Shown here: one piece after another, positions 11,601 to 23,999 of the stretch
Layout: every line of letters begins with the position of its first letter
Numbering within the stretch: the first letter of the stretch is position 1
Made by a program: the position numbers and the translations under genes
The notes under the pieces: model-generated
Told to the model about the DNA's origin: nothing
The model's input: the letters and a program-made list of their open reading frames with translations, nothing else
Databases searched by the model: none
Assembly: GCA_013265495.1 (NCBI GenBank)
Contig: MU062233.1
Coordinates: 7,842,554 to 7,906,553 of the forward strand
DNA: 64,000 bases
Direction: 5' to 3'
DNA from: Vicugna vicugna
Taxonomy: Eukaryota

Positions 11601-14600
11601 GCTGTGTGGACCCCCTGCCCTCCATCAAAGCCTTACTCTGTGCCCAGTCTTCCTTGCCTGTGCTTCAGGGAACAAGGTGAAGAGTGTATTGATATCCCAA
11701 AGATTCTCAGAGGAACACCTCTGTACACACACAAATTTGGCTTTATTGGTACCCCGCTCACGTGGGGGACTATGGAGTGTCTTAGATGTAGGTGTTAGGA
11801 GGGGCTTACTGTAAGATTTGGGCTTGTGTTAGATGATTTTAGGAATGGTTCCAGGGACTGCAGTTTTGTTCTGGTTGGATACTGTGAGGAGGTGGGGGCA
11901 ATTCTACTATTGGACATTTAATAATTAAAGGGAGAAGGAAAGGTATGAAACTCAGCCTGTAATTGGTAAAGAAGGAGCCGTCAGTCCTGAAAGACGGGAA
12001 AGGGTGATGTTCGGTCATTTTTGTGGTTTTGCAATGATATTTTTATCTGTCTCAGACACAGTTACAGAGTGGTCTTGTTTTTGTTTTGCCCCTTCATGGC
12101 CACAGAGTTACCTTGTCTGACTTTGGCGTTCTGTGACCTTGTTTGTGTTCATCAGGAGAGACCGTGGCCCAGCAGCTTGTGCTGGGGCGGCTCCCAACTG
12201 AGAGCTGTCAGAGGCAGCTTTTTCCTCTCAAGCAACTGCTTCCAAACCTACGAGTCTGGAGCGGCTCCCATGCTCTGCTCCTTCCTTTGTGGACTGGCTT
12301 CTGTTTCCATTCCCCTCAGTCCTTCATTTCATCAACTCCTCACTCACCAGTTTGCTCNNNNNNNNNNNNNNNNNNNNNNNNNNNNNNNNNNNNNNNNNNN
12401 NNNNNNNNNNNNNNNNNNNNNNNNNNNNNNNNNNNNNNNNNNNNNNNNNNNNNNNNNNNNNNNNNNNNNNNNNNNNNNNNNNNNNNNNNNNNNNNNNNNN
12501 NNNNNNNNNNNNNNNNNNNNNNNNNNNNNNNNNNNNNNNNNNNNNNNNNNNNNGGAGTGTGGAGGTAGGTGGGCTGGCTTGACCCCAGCCTGGTTTTGGG
12601 GGAGTACCACTGCGAGGTTGGAAAGTGAGGATCCCCAAGTAGAATGTTATGTTCTGCTGCCTCCTCATTTCTCCAGCAGCATCCCTGTGTATCTGCATAT
12701 CCTCAGATGGGTCCTGAGGACGGCACTAGAATTTTAGTGCTTATACATCTCAGGCTTCTTCCAGTGTGCCCCTGTCCATCCGTAGCTTTGCCTCATCCTA
12801 GGCTGGATGATCTTGGACAAGTTATTGAACCTGACCGAGCCTCATTTCTTCAGTGGTAAAATGATGTACCTGATTTATCTAATTGTTCTAAGAATTAAAT
12901 GAAAGAATGTAAATGGGAGGCATGGAAGAATGCCTGTCCACAGTAGGTGCTTGGTTAATGTGCTTTTCCATACTGATTTGAAGAGTATCTGGTAGTTACA
13001 GCTTACTTCCTATGTAACTGACGCAGGGCTAAGCCTTGGCCAGCATCAAGCCCTTGCTCTCATTCCCTTCTATCTCCGTGGGCAGACAAGGGACTGCTCC
13101 TAACTGGAGATCTGACTTTGTTCCCTCTGCCCCTTCAGGTCTACCCCGAAGTGAAGGACAGTAACCAGGCCTGCCTGCCCCCCAGTTCCTTTATCACCTG
13201 TTCCTCCGACAACACTATCCGCCTGTGGAACACAGAGAGCTCTGGGGTGCATGGCTCCACCCTGCACCGAAACATCCTCAGCAACGTGAGCCACGGGGCC
13301 CCCGTCCACACCTAGTACCCGCATCCCCTTGCCTTTACACTTCCTTCTTAGGAACTGGGTCCCCAGCTCTTGTTTGGCTGGCCTCTGTGAGCCAAGGGTT
13401 TATGTTGTCCAGCATTCCTCTCCCCTTGCCTCTTTTCTGGGTCAGGCCTGCCTTATCCACTTCTCCTCCTGACCTGCTCCGCTAGGACCTCATTAAGATC
13501 ATCTATGTGGATGGGAACACTCAGGCCCTGCTGGACACTGAGCTGCCTGGGGGAGACAAAGCTGATGGGTCCCTGATGGATCCCCGCGTAGGCATTCGTT
13601 CTGTGTGTATCAGCCCCAACGGACAGCATCTAGCTTCAGGGGACCGTGTGGGCACACTCAGGTAAGACCAGGTCTGGAATGGGTACTGCCTGAGTTACGT
13701 GGTGCAGGCTGGGAGAGTTAGGTCCCCGAGGACACAGCTTTTGAAAAGTTTGGCTCAAAGAGATTGGAAAAAAGATATTCCTATACAAGGGAAAGACAAT
13801 TACTTTATAATGAAGAAACCCAGCAGAAAGCATCTTAATCAAGTAACCAAGCTTAGCATCCTCACATCAACATCATGAAGCCCATAATATGATGCACTAA
13901 GAAGGACATAGCACTTCTTTTGTGATATTCTTGCCAAAAATGTGTAAACTCAGTCTAGTCATGAGAAAAGTCAGACAACTCAAATTAAGGTGCTTATGAC
14001 AGGATGCCTGTGCTGATCAGTACTCTTGGTTATGAAAGGTAAGCAAAGGCTGAAGAACTGTTACAGATAGGGGACTAAAGAGAAATAACTCAATGCAGCT
14101 TGGACTCTGGATAGGATCCTGAGTCTAAAAGAAGGACATTGTGGAAAAAGTGGTAAAATTCAAGTAAAGCCTATGTAAATTTCCTGGTTCTGACAATTAA
14201 ACTGTTATGTCAGATGTTAACATTAGGGAAAGCTGGGTAAGGGAAATAGGGAAATCCTCGGTACTCATTGCACCTTTTCTCTAACCTGAAAGTTAAAAAA
14301 TAAAGATAATTTTTTAAAAAGGTCATAGGAGAAGATGTAGTAGAGGAAGCAAGGTGACTCTCTCCTCCTGCAGCCTTGCAGTGACCTCCTCCCTCCTCTC
14401 CTCATCTTTGCAGGGTGCACGAACTGCAGTCCCTAAATGAGATGCTGAGGGTGGAGGCCCATGACTCGGAAATTCTATGCCTGGAGTACTCTAAGCCGGA
14501 CACAGGTAAAGAATGGATGCCCGGTACCTAGACCAGAAAAGCACAGGGCTTCCCCAGTTCTGCTAGTGCCACTTACGTCTATCCTGGCTGTTGTATGTGG

Positions 14601-17600
14601 GACTGAAAATCCTTGGAATAATTTGGTGTCTTTGCAGGTTTGGAGGAGGACAACTCCATCCCTGCTCCATGGTCCACTTGGCTTAGGGATGTGGGACTCA
14701 GTTCCTCTTTGCTGGGCCCATATAGAGGCCTGCTCTGGGCACTCATGGGCTGATGGAGTTCTTCCAATCTCAGGTCTGAAGCTGCTAGCGTCAGCCAGCC
14801 GGGACCGGCTGATCCATGTGTTAGATGCTGGACGGGAGTACAGCCTGCAGCAGACGCTGGACGAGCACTCATCCTCCATCACTGCTGTCAAGTTTGCAGG
14901 TAGGGGAAGGGCAGTTGAGATACATTCTGCCACCTACCACTGACATCTCCCCCGCCACCCACTGCCACCTGCCTCCCACCTCCATGAGAAGGGTGTGCCT
15001 GTCAAGGGGAGTGATGGACAGTGGCTGGCAGGCCTGGGGATGGAATATGGACTCTTAGTCCAGGGGACCTTGAGCAACCAGGCTGGCTGAGGATAGAGGG
15101 GAAGAAAAGAAAGCTTGGGTTTGGAGGGATGCATCCTGGTTTAGTTGGTAGTCCCAGCCATGTAGAGTAGCTCCACAGGGGGAAAGTATGGAGGGAAGCA
15201 GAGGAAAGGCTGGCCCCCTTGTGGTGAGAGCAGTGGGAACAGCTTGGCCCCCTTTCTCCACAGCCAGCGATGGGCAAGTCCGCATGATCAGCTGTGGAGC
15301 AGACAAGAGCATCTACTTCCGCACTGCACAGAAGGTGAGGTTGCTGGGCTTCCCTGAATGGGGCAGTGGGATTGGGGCTGGGGGGCAGAGGTCGCTACTG
15401 TTCCCCTACCTAGGGTTACAAGGAGGGAAGGGAGGCAAAAACTGGGCTTTCGGGGCCTGGTGAGGCATTTGGGCATGGGGGTCTGCCCACATGCTCCACC
15501 CCTGCAGTCTGGAGATGGCGTACAGTTTACACGGACACACCACGTGGTACGGAAGACGACCCTCTATGACATGGACGTGGAGCCCAGCTGGAAGTACACA
15601 GCCATCGGCTGCCAGGATCGAAATATTCGGTGGGCATCCCCTTCTCAGACCATCCGACCCTGAGAGGGTCAGCTCTAAGCAGCTCAGTCCCTGGGTCTGT
15701 CTTTTTGTCCGGGACTCTGTGCCCCGCTGAGCCTGCAGAATAGGTACTTGGCTTCACCCAAGAGGTGGTAGCCCCTTTGGTGTTGGGGAGCAGCTTCCAG
15801 AGAGCACAGGGCTGGGAGTGAAGCTGGCGTTGCTACCACCCGAGGGTGCTTGATTGTGACCGCCGCCTCATGTGAGTGTCATCCTTTACAGGATCTTCAA
15901 CATCAGCAGCGGGAAGCAGAAAAAGCTGTTTAAAGGGTCGCAGGGTGAGGATGGCACCCTGATTAAGGTAAGGGCCCAGCAGGCTGGGCAGTGGGCCAGA
16001 GAATGGGAGAACAGAGGGGTGCTAGGTGGAGAGGGACTGGTGCTCCCTGTCCTCTTCCAGCTGTGTGCCCCACTCCTCAGGTGCAGACAGACCCCTCAGG
16101 GATCTACATTGCTACCAGCTGTTCCGACAAGAACCTCTCCATTTTTGACTTCTCCTCAGGCGAGTGTGTGGCTACCATGTTTGGCCACTCAGGTGAGTGT
16201 AGCCCCAGCACTGGACCCCGGGAACTTTACTCTTCCTTCCTTTAGTTGCTTGGGTCCCAGCAGAGCTGTCTGTCCCTCCCCTTTAACCAGCCTTCCATCT
16301 CCACCTGGCTGGGACTTCAGGGTGGCTCATCAGCCATATTCTTTGTTCTTCACAGAGATTGTCACTGGCATGAAATTTAGTAATGACTGCAAACATCTCA
16401 TCTCTGTGTCAGGGGACAGGTGAGCAGAGGCCAGCTTCCCTGAGACACAGATTCTCCCTCTGTGCCACAAACAGACCCTGTCCCTCCCCTCTCTTCACCT
16501 CAGTGATGTCTTGGAAAGTGGGGCTGAACAGGGATATTTCTTGGCTGGGTCTGACCTGACACTGGAGGGTGGCTCTGGTCTCCTTGTCAGCCCGTGGAGA
16601 AGGGGTACTAGTGGTGTTGCCTCCCCCAGAGTCCTGCCTTCCTCCTCCCTCACCCACCTCTGTGTCTCTACCCCAGCTGCATATTTGTGTGGCGCCTGAG
16701 CTCTGAGATGACCATCAGCATGAGGCAGCGTCTGGCTGAGCTGCGCCAGCGTCAGCGAGGGGGCAGTCAGCAAGGACCGTCCTCTCCCCAAAGGACTACT
16801 GGGCCGAACCGGTGAGAACAGAGTGTGGGGTGTGGAAAAGCAGTGGGTGGACATCCAGATTGCTCGCTGTGATCTCACTGCTCACCCCACTCGCTCTGGA
16901 CCTGCCACTTGGCAGCTTTGTTTCCCAGCACCTGTTTCTCACACAAAGACCCATGATGCTGGCCTCTTCCTCTCGCTGTTCTCCTCTCCCCGTGACCTTC
17001 CTTGTCTTGGACTTAGGCACGAGGCCCCATCGATGCTTTCTCCTGGACCTGCTCTCTCATCAGACAGTGACAAGGAGGGAGAAGACGAGGGCACTGAAGA
17101 AGAAGAACTTCCAGCTCTGCCCATCCTTGGTACCAAGAAAGAGACAGGTCCGTGGAAGTGCAGTGTAGGGCCAGACACCAGTTGGTACAGTGGCTAGGTG
17201 TGCCCTTGCTGGGACTGTGGGGTGAGAACAGCATGAGCTGAGGGAACTGGAGCATCGCTGTGGCCTCTGGGCTTGCGTGTGGCGGGAACTCCAGGTTGGT
17301 TGGGCAGGAGACGCTCTCTGACTGCCTGTCTCTGTCTAGCCTTGGTGCACAGCCCAGCACTGCCCCGAAGCCTGTCCCACTGGGAGATGAGCCGGGTGAG
17401 TCACCATCATTAAAATGTTCTTCCGAGGTTACAAGAGGTAAAGGAGGGTGAAAGCAGGGCTCTCTGCACCTGGCGAGACATTTGGACACAGGGTCTGCCC
17501 ACATGCTCCACCCCTTGTGTCCAAGGGAGTTTGAGCCACTGGGCTGGTCCCAGGTTGTGGGTGACAGAGCTCAGGTGTTTCCTCCCTGTGACCAGGTAAA

Positions 17601-20600
17601 GTGGCCTGCAAGGGTCAGTCACCACTAGGGGAAGTACTCCACTTGTTTCGCTACCTGGGAGCCTGGGGGTAAATGTGAACAAAGGACGGGTTGAAGTGGG
17701 GAGTAGAAAAGGGGTCTGAGCAGAATGGTTAGAAGTAAATTTCAAGAAAGTCAAAGGGCTAAAGAGCAGAAATCTGGAGAAACCGTAGTTCTAAAGACCC
17801 AGGATAGGAGGTAAGCCCAGAACTTCTAGAATAGTTAGAGAGATGCCATAAGAGGACCAGTAACTGAGTGGTGACTTCAGGGTAGCGAGTGGTGGGGGGC
17901 AGGATAAAGGCTTTCAGAGCAAGCCCTGCGGCAGCCTGGACCCTCCCTTAGTCGGGATTGCAAGAGCCAGCACCTCTCTTTGTCAGCAGTAGTGTCATAG
18001 GATATAGTGGTGTGGTGTCCAGTGCCTTCTGACCAGGTCAGGGGGGCTCAAGCCTGGGCTATTGGTTTGCCCTTGGTGCTGTGAATGGATTGAGGCTGTC
18101 CTCAGAGTAGGGGACTTTTAGAGACTCCCAGCTTTGAGGTGTTCATGATACTAGGTGAAGACTGAGACCAGAAGGTCCTCTGGGACACGACACAGAGGGA
18201 AGCTAAGAGCGTGAACTCTGGAGCCAGACTGCTTGAGTTGTAACCTGCAGGCAGACTGTCTGTGGGACTTGGAGAAGTTACTTAAGCCCCCTGTGCTTCA
18301 GTTTTCCCATCTGTAAATTTGAAGCTAATAGTAGTACCCACTTCATAAGGTGGTTGTGAGGATTAAATGAGCTCATGTGTGTAAAGTGCCTGGCACACAG
18401 TAAATGACACGTGTTTGCTAATACTCTTGTGTGATTGTTACCGTTACTCTACTCCCACCCCCCACCCCACACCAGGCACAGGAGACGGAGGAGTTCCTGG
18501 ACCCAGCTCCTTCAGCCAACCAAAGACCCAGAAGAAGGGGGCGCTGGGCTCAGCCAGGTGTGGAGCTGAGTGTTTGCTCCATGCTGGACCTGCGGCAGCT
18601 GGAGACACTGGCCCCAAGCCCTCGGGGCCCTAGTCAGGACCCTCTGGCCATGACTCCTTCTGGTCCTGGGAAGCATGGTCAGCGGGCCTCTGAGACCTCA
18701 CATGCTAGCCAGGTGAGCCCACTTTCTCCCAGCAATCTAGAGATCTCCAAGGAGCCTCAGCCAGCCTTGTGCCAACAGCTGGGGCCTGAGCCTTCATCCA
18801 GCTATGCTTGCTCTACCTCTGTGGGACATGCGTAACCTGAATGGCAAAGACAGGTGGGGCTGGCTAAGCTGTGGTACAGTGATCGGAGTGGAGAAGCAAA
18901 GGATTGCCTTTGTCCTTGGCTGGGTTCCTTGGAGGGCTCATGATGTGAAATGGTGGCTGGAGGTTGGCAGCCCAGAGTGCTGATGTAGATCTTCCAGAAG
19001 CTCAAGAACACTTGGAGCCCAGCCTGGCTTCATGGGGTCTGACCGCAGAGTTGGAGCTTCCCTTAGAATTGGTGCCCACTGAATCCTTGCCCACCTCCAC
19101 CTCTTCTCCCAGACCCTTGCTTATGTCAGCAAACACCCTGCTGCCCTTTTGTGTGTTCCCAGAATGAAAAGCCCCCTCGGCCTCAGGCTTCCCAACCCTG
19201 TTCCTGCCCCCACCTTATCCGATTGTTGTCCCAAGAGGAAGAGGTCTTTGCCCAAGATCTGGGGCCTGCACCCATCGAAGATGGTATTGTCTACCCCGAG
19301 CCGAGTGACAGCCCCACCCTGGATACCAGGCAAGGGTCCTGCAGACCTCTAGGGCCATGCACCCCTCAGTCTTCCTTCCCTCCACATGTTCTGTACTTGG
19401 GTGGGGGACTGGCCCCGGGCACTCAGGGCTTGCCCACCACTGCACCTCTGCCTCATCCCCAGTCCTGCTCACGGGTGGGGCAGAGGGAAGGCAGGACTTA
19501 CCACTGCTCCTCCAGCTCACCAGTACTTACTGCCTCCTCTTTCCCCTGCTGGCCTTCCTGGCAGTGAGTTCCAGGTGCAGGCACCAGCCCGAGGGACCCT
19601 GGGAAGACTGTACACTGGCAGCAGGGGCTCAGAGAAGCACAGCCCTGACAGCGCCTGCTCTGTGGACTTCAGCAGCAGTCGTCTTTCCAGCCCTGAGCAC
19701 CCCAACGAAGGTGAGGCTGCAGCCCTGAGGTGGGGCCAGGACAGCGAAGGTCAGTGTGCTGAGGTGGGAGTGGAGGCTCGCGACAAGTGGGTGCAGCGTG
19801 ATGCTTCTCTCCCCTCCCCTACGTCCAGACTCTGAGAGCACGGAGCCCCTGAGTGTGGATGGCATTTCCTCAGACCTTGAAGAGCCAGCCGAGGGTGATG
19901 AGGAAGAGGAGGAAGAGGAGGGAGGCACTGGCCCCTATGGGCTGCAGGAAGGCAGCCCCCATACCCCGGACCAGGAGCAGTTTCTAAAACAGCACTTTGA
20001 GACTCTGGCCAATGGGGCTGCTCCAGGTGTGGTCAGAGGGCCATTTGGTTACTGCAATCTACCCTTCTTCCCTCCTCGCCCAGCTGAGAGGGAGGGTCTG
20101 AGGGCAGGCCGTGCCCTGGGGTTGCCTTCTGGGTGAGGCAGAATCTGGGCCAAGGGCTCACTCCCATACATGATTTCTGTCATCCTGGCAGGGGGCCCAG
20201 TCCGGGTACCAGAGCGGACAGAGTCTCAGAGCATCTCTTCACGATTCCTGTTGCAAGTGCAGACCCCCCCACTCAGGTACTCTCCCCACAGCAGCGCTTG
20301 CTTTCCTACAAGGAGCTCTGGCTCTCCTGACCTCACAGTGCTCCCAACAGGGCCAGTACTACCCCTGGGGCAGCAGGCAGCCTTCCTCTCTCCAAGGCTC
20401 TGTTTCCATGCCCAGCAGTATTTTGCACTCTAAGTTTTGGGACAGCCGGCTTGGCTGGCTTTGTGCCTGTCCTTCTCTCCTAGCGCCTCTCTAGTGTTGT
20501 GAGAGCCTCTCCCTGTCTTGGCAGGCAGGAGCCCTGAGCCTTCTCTGGGCCTCCTTCCACATTTCCTCCCTGTAGGGAACCGTCCCCATCTTCCTCAAGC

Positions 20601-23001
20601 TTGGCACTGACGTCGAGACTGGTCCAGGTGCCGCAGGCTTCTGGCAAGCAGCTGAGAGGCAATGGTGCCAATCCTCCAGGAGCACCCCCAGAGGTGGAGC
20701 CTTCCCCAGGGAAGCCTGGCCCCCAGCAGGCAGCCCCTGTGCTGTTGCCACGACGCCGTCTCAACCCAGATAGTAGCTGCGCCCCCAAGAGAGTATCCAC
20801 AGCCAGCCCCTCAGGCAGACTCCAGAAAGCCCAGTCTGTGCAGAGTCTGGTGCCACAGGGTGAGGAGCCTGGCGGGCTCAGCTCCGGGTGTGGGGGGTGT
20901 GGAACACGGGGGTGTGCTAGAGGAAGGTGGGCTCATGTAGCCCTAGGTGTCACTGTGCTTGTCAGTGGGTGTCCCTTGGTGGGTATGTATAAGGCACAGC
21001 AGCTCCTAGGGAGATGAGCCTTAGAACCTGAGACGCTGCCTCACCCCCTGACCTGTGTGTGTGTCTCTGTCTCTGCAGATGAGGCCCCTCCACCAGGCCC
21101 ATTGCTCTTACAGGAGATGGAGGTACAGAGGCACCTGCGTTCCCTACCCCAGGCTGATAGTCGTCTGTCTCAGCCCCATTCCTACCAGAACCCCACCACC
21201 AGTTCCATGGCCAAGATATCCCGCAGCATCTCTGTTGGGGAGAACCTGGGCCTGGTGGCTGAACCTCAAGCTCCTGCCCACATCCGAGTCACACCACTCA
21301 GCAAGCTGGCCCTGCCCAGCCGGGCTCACCTGGTCCTGGATATCCCAAAGCCACTGCCTGATCGTCCTACCCTGGCCACATTCTCACCTGGTACCAAGGG
21401 CCGGGCCCCTGGTGAAGCAGAACAGCCTGGTTCCCCAGTTGGCCTAGGAAAGGCTCACAATACATCTGAGAGGCCGGCCTGTTTGGGGGAGGTTGCCACT
21501 CCCAAGCCTAGGACAGAGTGCCAGGCTCAGCCTGGGCCCAACAGCCCCCATGCTCAGCAACTGCCAGTTAGCAGCCTCCTCCGAGGCCTTGAGAACTTGC
21601 AGCCCCTACCCCTTGAGAAGACTCCCAGCCCCATGGAATACACCAAGCCAGGGGCAGCCGTGAGCCGGGACTCAGGTGTGCACAGCTACCCAGCTCTCAC
21701 CTCCTGCCCCATCCTCTCTCTCCTGTCTCTGTTGGCCACTCTCTGGCTCCATCCCATTTTTGTGTGTCCAGCCTCTGGCGTCTTTCGTCCTGTCTGTTCC
21801 TGTCTGAGTCCATAAGTCACACCCCTGATGGTGAGACACTCCTGCCAACCTTCATGAGCTCCCTGTGGCCCACTTGCCCCTTCAGTGCCTTTTAGCCCCT
21901 GGGACTGGGACTGGCCCTTTCCTCTTGACCTTGTTTTCTGTGTGGTGTTCGGAGGGTGTTGGGAAGGAAGGAGGCAAGAGGAAGGGACTGAGTGCAGGTG
22001 ATGCTGGGGGTGGGGGTAGGCCTTTTTCACTCTGAGTGGCCCCTGGGTGGGGAGGACTGAAAGGGCAGCTTTGCCAGGCCTTACTGAGCTGTATCTGTCC
22101 TTCCCAGAACCAGCCATGAGCCTGGAGCAATGCGAACAACTTGTGGCAGAGCTCCAGGGCAGCGTGCGCCAGGCCGTGCGGCTCTACCACTTGGTACGTG
22201 TCAGGTACCCGCGGGCAGAAGGAAAAAGCATGTCGGTAGTGCGAGCTGAGTGTCCAGAACGTAATGATAAGGCTCTTGCATTGACGGGTGGGTGGTGCAA
22301 TTAAGAACATTCTGAGGAGGCGAGTGGGTTAGAGGTCAGGGCTCTTAAACTGAGCACATTGGTCATTTCTGGCTAAGAGCTGGAGATATCCTCAGACAGG
22401 AGGGTGGGGTGTAGAGAGCCCACGTGTCCTAGTTTGCTCAAAACCATCCCAGCTTATGTCTGTTGTCTCAGTGTAATTATTATTCAAAAATGATTTGGCT
22501 ATAGACGTAGGGGACAGTCCAGCAGAGGCCAAGAGTTGAAGAGGAATTGATGACAAGATGTAGATGGTGCCATAATCTGATGGTCACCCCCAGGGTCTGC
22601 CGCCATCCCCTGGCCTCTGGTCATACCTGCTGATCTTGGGAGCATGGAGCTCCCAGCCATGCCCACCAGGGCATGTGGCCCCTTCTTCCAGGGCAGGCTA
22701 GACCCAGTGGGGCCTCTCCCTTTTATGCAGTCCTCCGCTGTTCCTCCAGCTCATTTCTGGGCTCCTGTTGCAGGTGTCCAGCTGCAAGACACCCTCAGTG
22801 GAGCAAAGTCGCATCACCCAGCTCCTCAGAAACACCTTCTCTTCAGTGCGGCAGGAGCTTGACATCCTGGCTGGGGCCGCAGTGTCCAGCCCAGGCGGGA
22901 GCCCTGGGGCAGTGGGGGCTGAGCAGACGCAGGCCCTGCTAGAGCAATACTCAGAGCTGCTGCTTCGAGCCGTGGAGCGGCGCATGGAACGCAGACTCTG
23001 A
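8625..23001 (+). CDS. MAPKBP1: MAPKBP1 (MAPK-binding protein 1 / JNKBP1, WD40-repeat scaffold), 5'-partial spliced CDS, 29 exons
   Basis: Exons: 8625-8687, 8905-8962, 9718-9888, 10274-10411, 10669-10851, 11093-11110 (microexon), 11436-11596, ~12375-12564 (mostly in N gap), 13139-13285, 13486-13661, 14414-14505, 14774-14899, 15264-15334, 15508-15629, 15892-15967, 16081-16192, 16356-16419, 16677-16811, 17017-17147, 17340-17395, 18476-18712, 19163-19329 (GC donor), 19565-19710, 19829-20026, 20192-20276, 20576-20859, 21079-21675, 22108-22193, 22774-23001 (TGA). All exons are bounded by AG/GT(GC) and are phase-consistent. Peptides such as [55 protein letters not shown] and [21 protein letters not shown] match recalled human MAPKBP1. 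The N-terminal exons are not in the window. Confidence 0.96.
9111..9306. mobile_element. MER5A-like hAT-Charlie MITE
   Basis: Terminal inverted repeats CAGTGGTT...AACCACTG. Internal CAGAATCACCTGGAGGGCTTGTTAAA and TTTGCATTTCTAACAGGTTCCCAG are typical of MER5A. Confidence 0.8.
9418..9560. mobile_element. MER5-family hAT fragment
   Basis: AGTGGTTCTCAACCCTGGCTGC..CAGAATCAC start. Confidence 0.6.
11093..11110 (+). CDS. MAPKBP1: 18-nt MAPKBP1 microexon (NTDSFT)
   Basis: Sequence is ctgctcag|AACACAGACAGCTTCACA|gtaagt, phase 0-0, preceded by a ~60-nt pyrimidine tract. It matches the recalled human ELR-NIDSFT-TTVAHC segment. Confidence 0.85.
11770..12160. mobile_element. Possible old ERV1-class LTR fragment
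   Basis: CAGAGTGGTCTTGTTTTTGTTTTG..CATGGCCACAGAG..CCTTGTCTGA..GTTCTGTGA..TTGTTTGTGTTCATCAGGAGA resembles a recalled MER-type LTR 3' part. Family uncertain. Confidence 0.4.
12358..12553. other. Assembly gap (196 N) covering most of one MAPKBP1 exon
   Basis: Run of N. The exon 3' end (W)SVE|gtaggt is visible immediately after the gap. Confidence 0.95.
12780..12970 (+). mobile_element. MIR
   Basis: GATCTTGGACAAGTTATTGAACC..CCTCATTTCTTCAGTGGTAAAATG...CACAGTAGGTGCTTGGTTAATG. Confidence 0.7.
13775..14320 (+). mobile_element. Ancient L1 (L1MC-type) 3' UTR fragment
   Basis: A-rich segment with ATGATGCACTAAGAAGGAC, GGATCCTGAG..AAAAGAAGGACATT and GATGTTAACATTAGGGAAAGCTGGGTAAGGG, ending in an A tail. 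Confidence 0.7.
18205..18420 (+). mobile_element. MIR
   Basis: CTCTGGAGCCAGACTGC...AAGTTACTTAAGCCCCCTGTGCTTCAGTTTTCCCATCTGTAAA...GTAAAGTGCCTGGCACACAGTAAATG. Confidence 0.85.
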
Positions 23002-23955
23002 GTTCCAGAAGCCTGTCCCAAGTGAATGCTCCCCCTCTTCCAAACTGTAGCCCTTCTTCCATTCACCAAAACCTGTGGGGATGCTTGGAGTGGACAGCAG
23101 GGATCAGTGCTCAGAGGGGAAGCAGATTTCCCAGCTGCTCCTCATGGGACCCCTGTATTTATTAATTTATTTCCCTGACTGTTGCCTCACTTTCTTGGAA
23201 CTCCTGTTTCCACAGCCCTTCAAGTGGCTCATGCAGGGGTAGGTCTTGGGTGTCTTCGTCATCTTGGTGCTGTGAGGAGTAGGAGGGCAGCATGCCCCAT
23301 CTAGGGGAGAAGCTAGCCCTCTCTTCTTAGAAGCCATTTGAAATTACTGCAGGGATCAGCTCCCTGGAGTGGAGCACACACAGGGTATTCAGTGGGGTAG
23401 AGGTGAGAGGTGATCTGGTATCCATGCCCTTTAGCCAACAGCGGAGCTTTACCTCTACCTCCACTTCCCCTCCCACACCAGCTGCACTGCCCTGGCTGCC
23501 AGAGCAGGGGTTATCTGTTTCCCCCACTTCTTGGCAGTTCAGAAAGGCAGAGCCCTCTGGCCCTCCAGGGCACTCCCAGCCATCAGGAGGCTTGAGTTGG
23601 TATCAAGGCCTGAGCCCCCACATTCCACTCCCATTCCCCCTCCAAGAGGGCCCTAGCATTGTCTCTTCCTGTGCCCCCCTCTCTCTCCTGGCCGGAACTT
23701 GTGGAGCCAGCTGTGGGACATTGCTGCAGGACAGTAAAGCCCTCTGCTGGGCATACATGAAGCCCTGGCCTCCTTTCCTCAGCTCCTTGACCTTCCCTGT
23801 CCTCCAGCCCTGGTCCCCAGCAGGTTGCTGGAGGCCACCTTCTCCCTGCATCCTGAGTGATGCCTAGTCAGAAGCCTGTGTTGGAACTTCCCTCATGGTT
23901 TACAGGGCGCTAGCCCACCTTCTAAGGACCTTGGTCACAGATGAAATATATATAG

Positions 23956-23999
23956 ATGCACGCGCACACGCGCGCGCACACACACACACACGTACGTAC
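23956..23999. repeat. Compound (CG)n/(CA)n alternating purine-pyrimidine microsatellite
   Basis: ATGCACGCGCACACGCGCGCGCACACACACACACACGTACGTAC, 44 nt of perfect R/Y alternation. Confidence 0.9.

Noticed and set aside
12021-12737. Long ORFs spanning X runs
   Set aside because: Artefacts of translation through the N gap.
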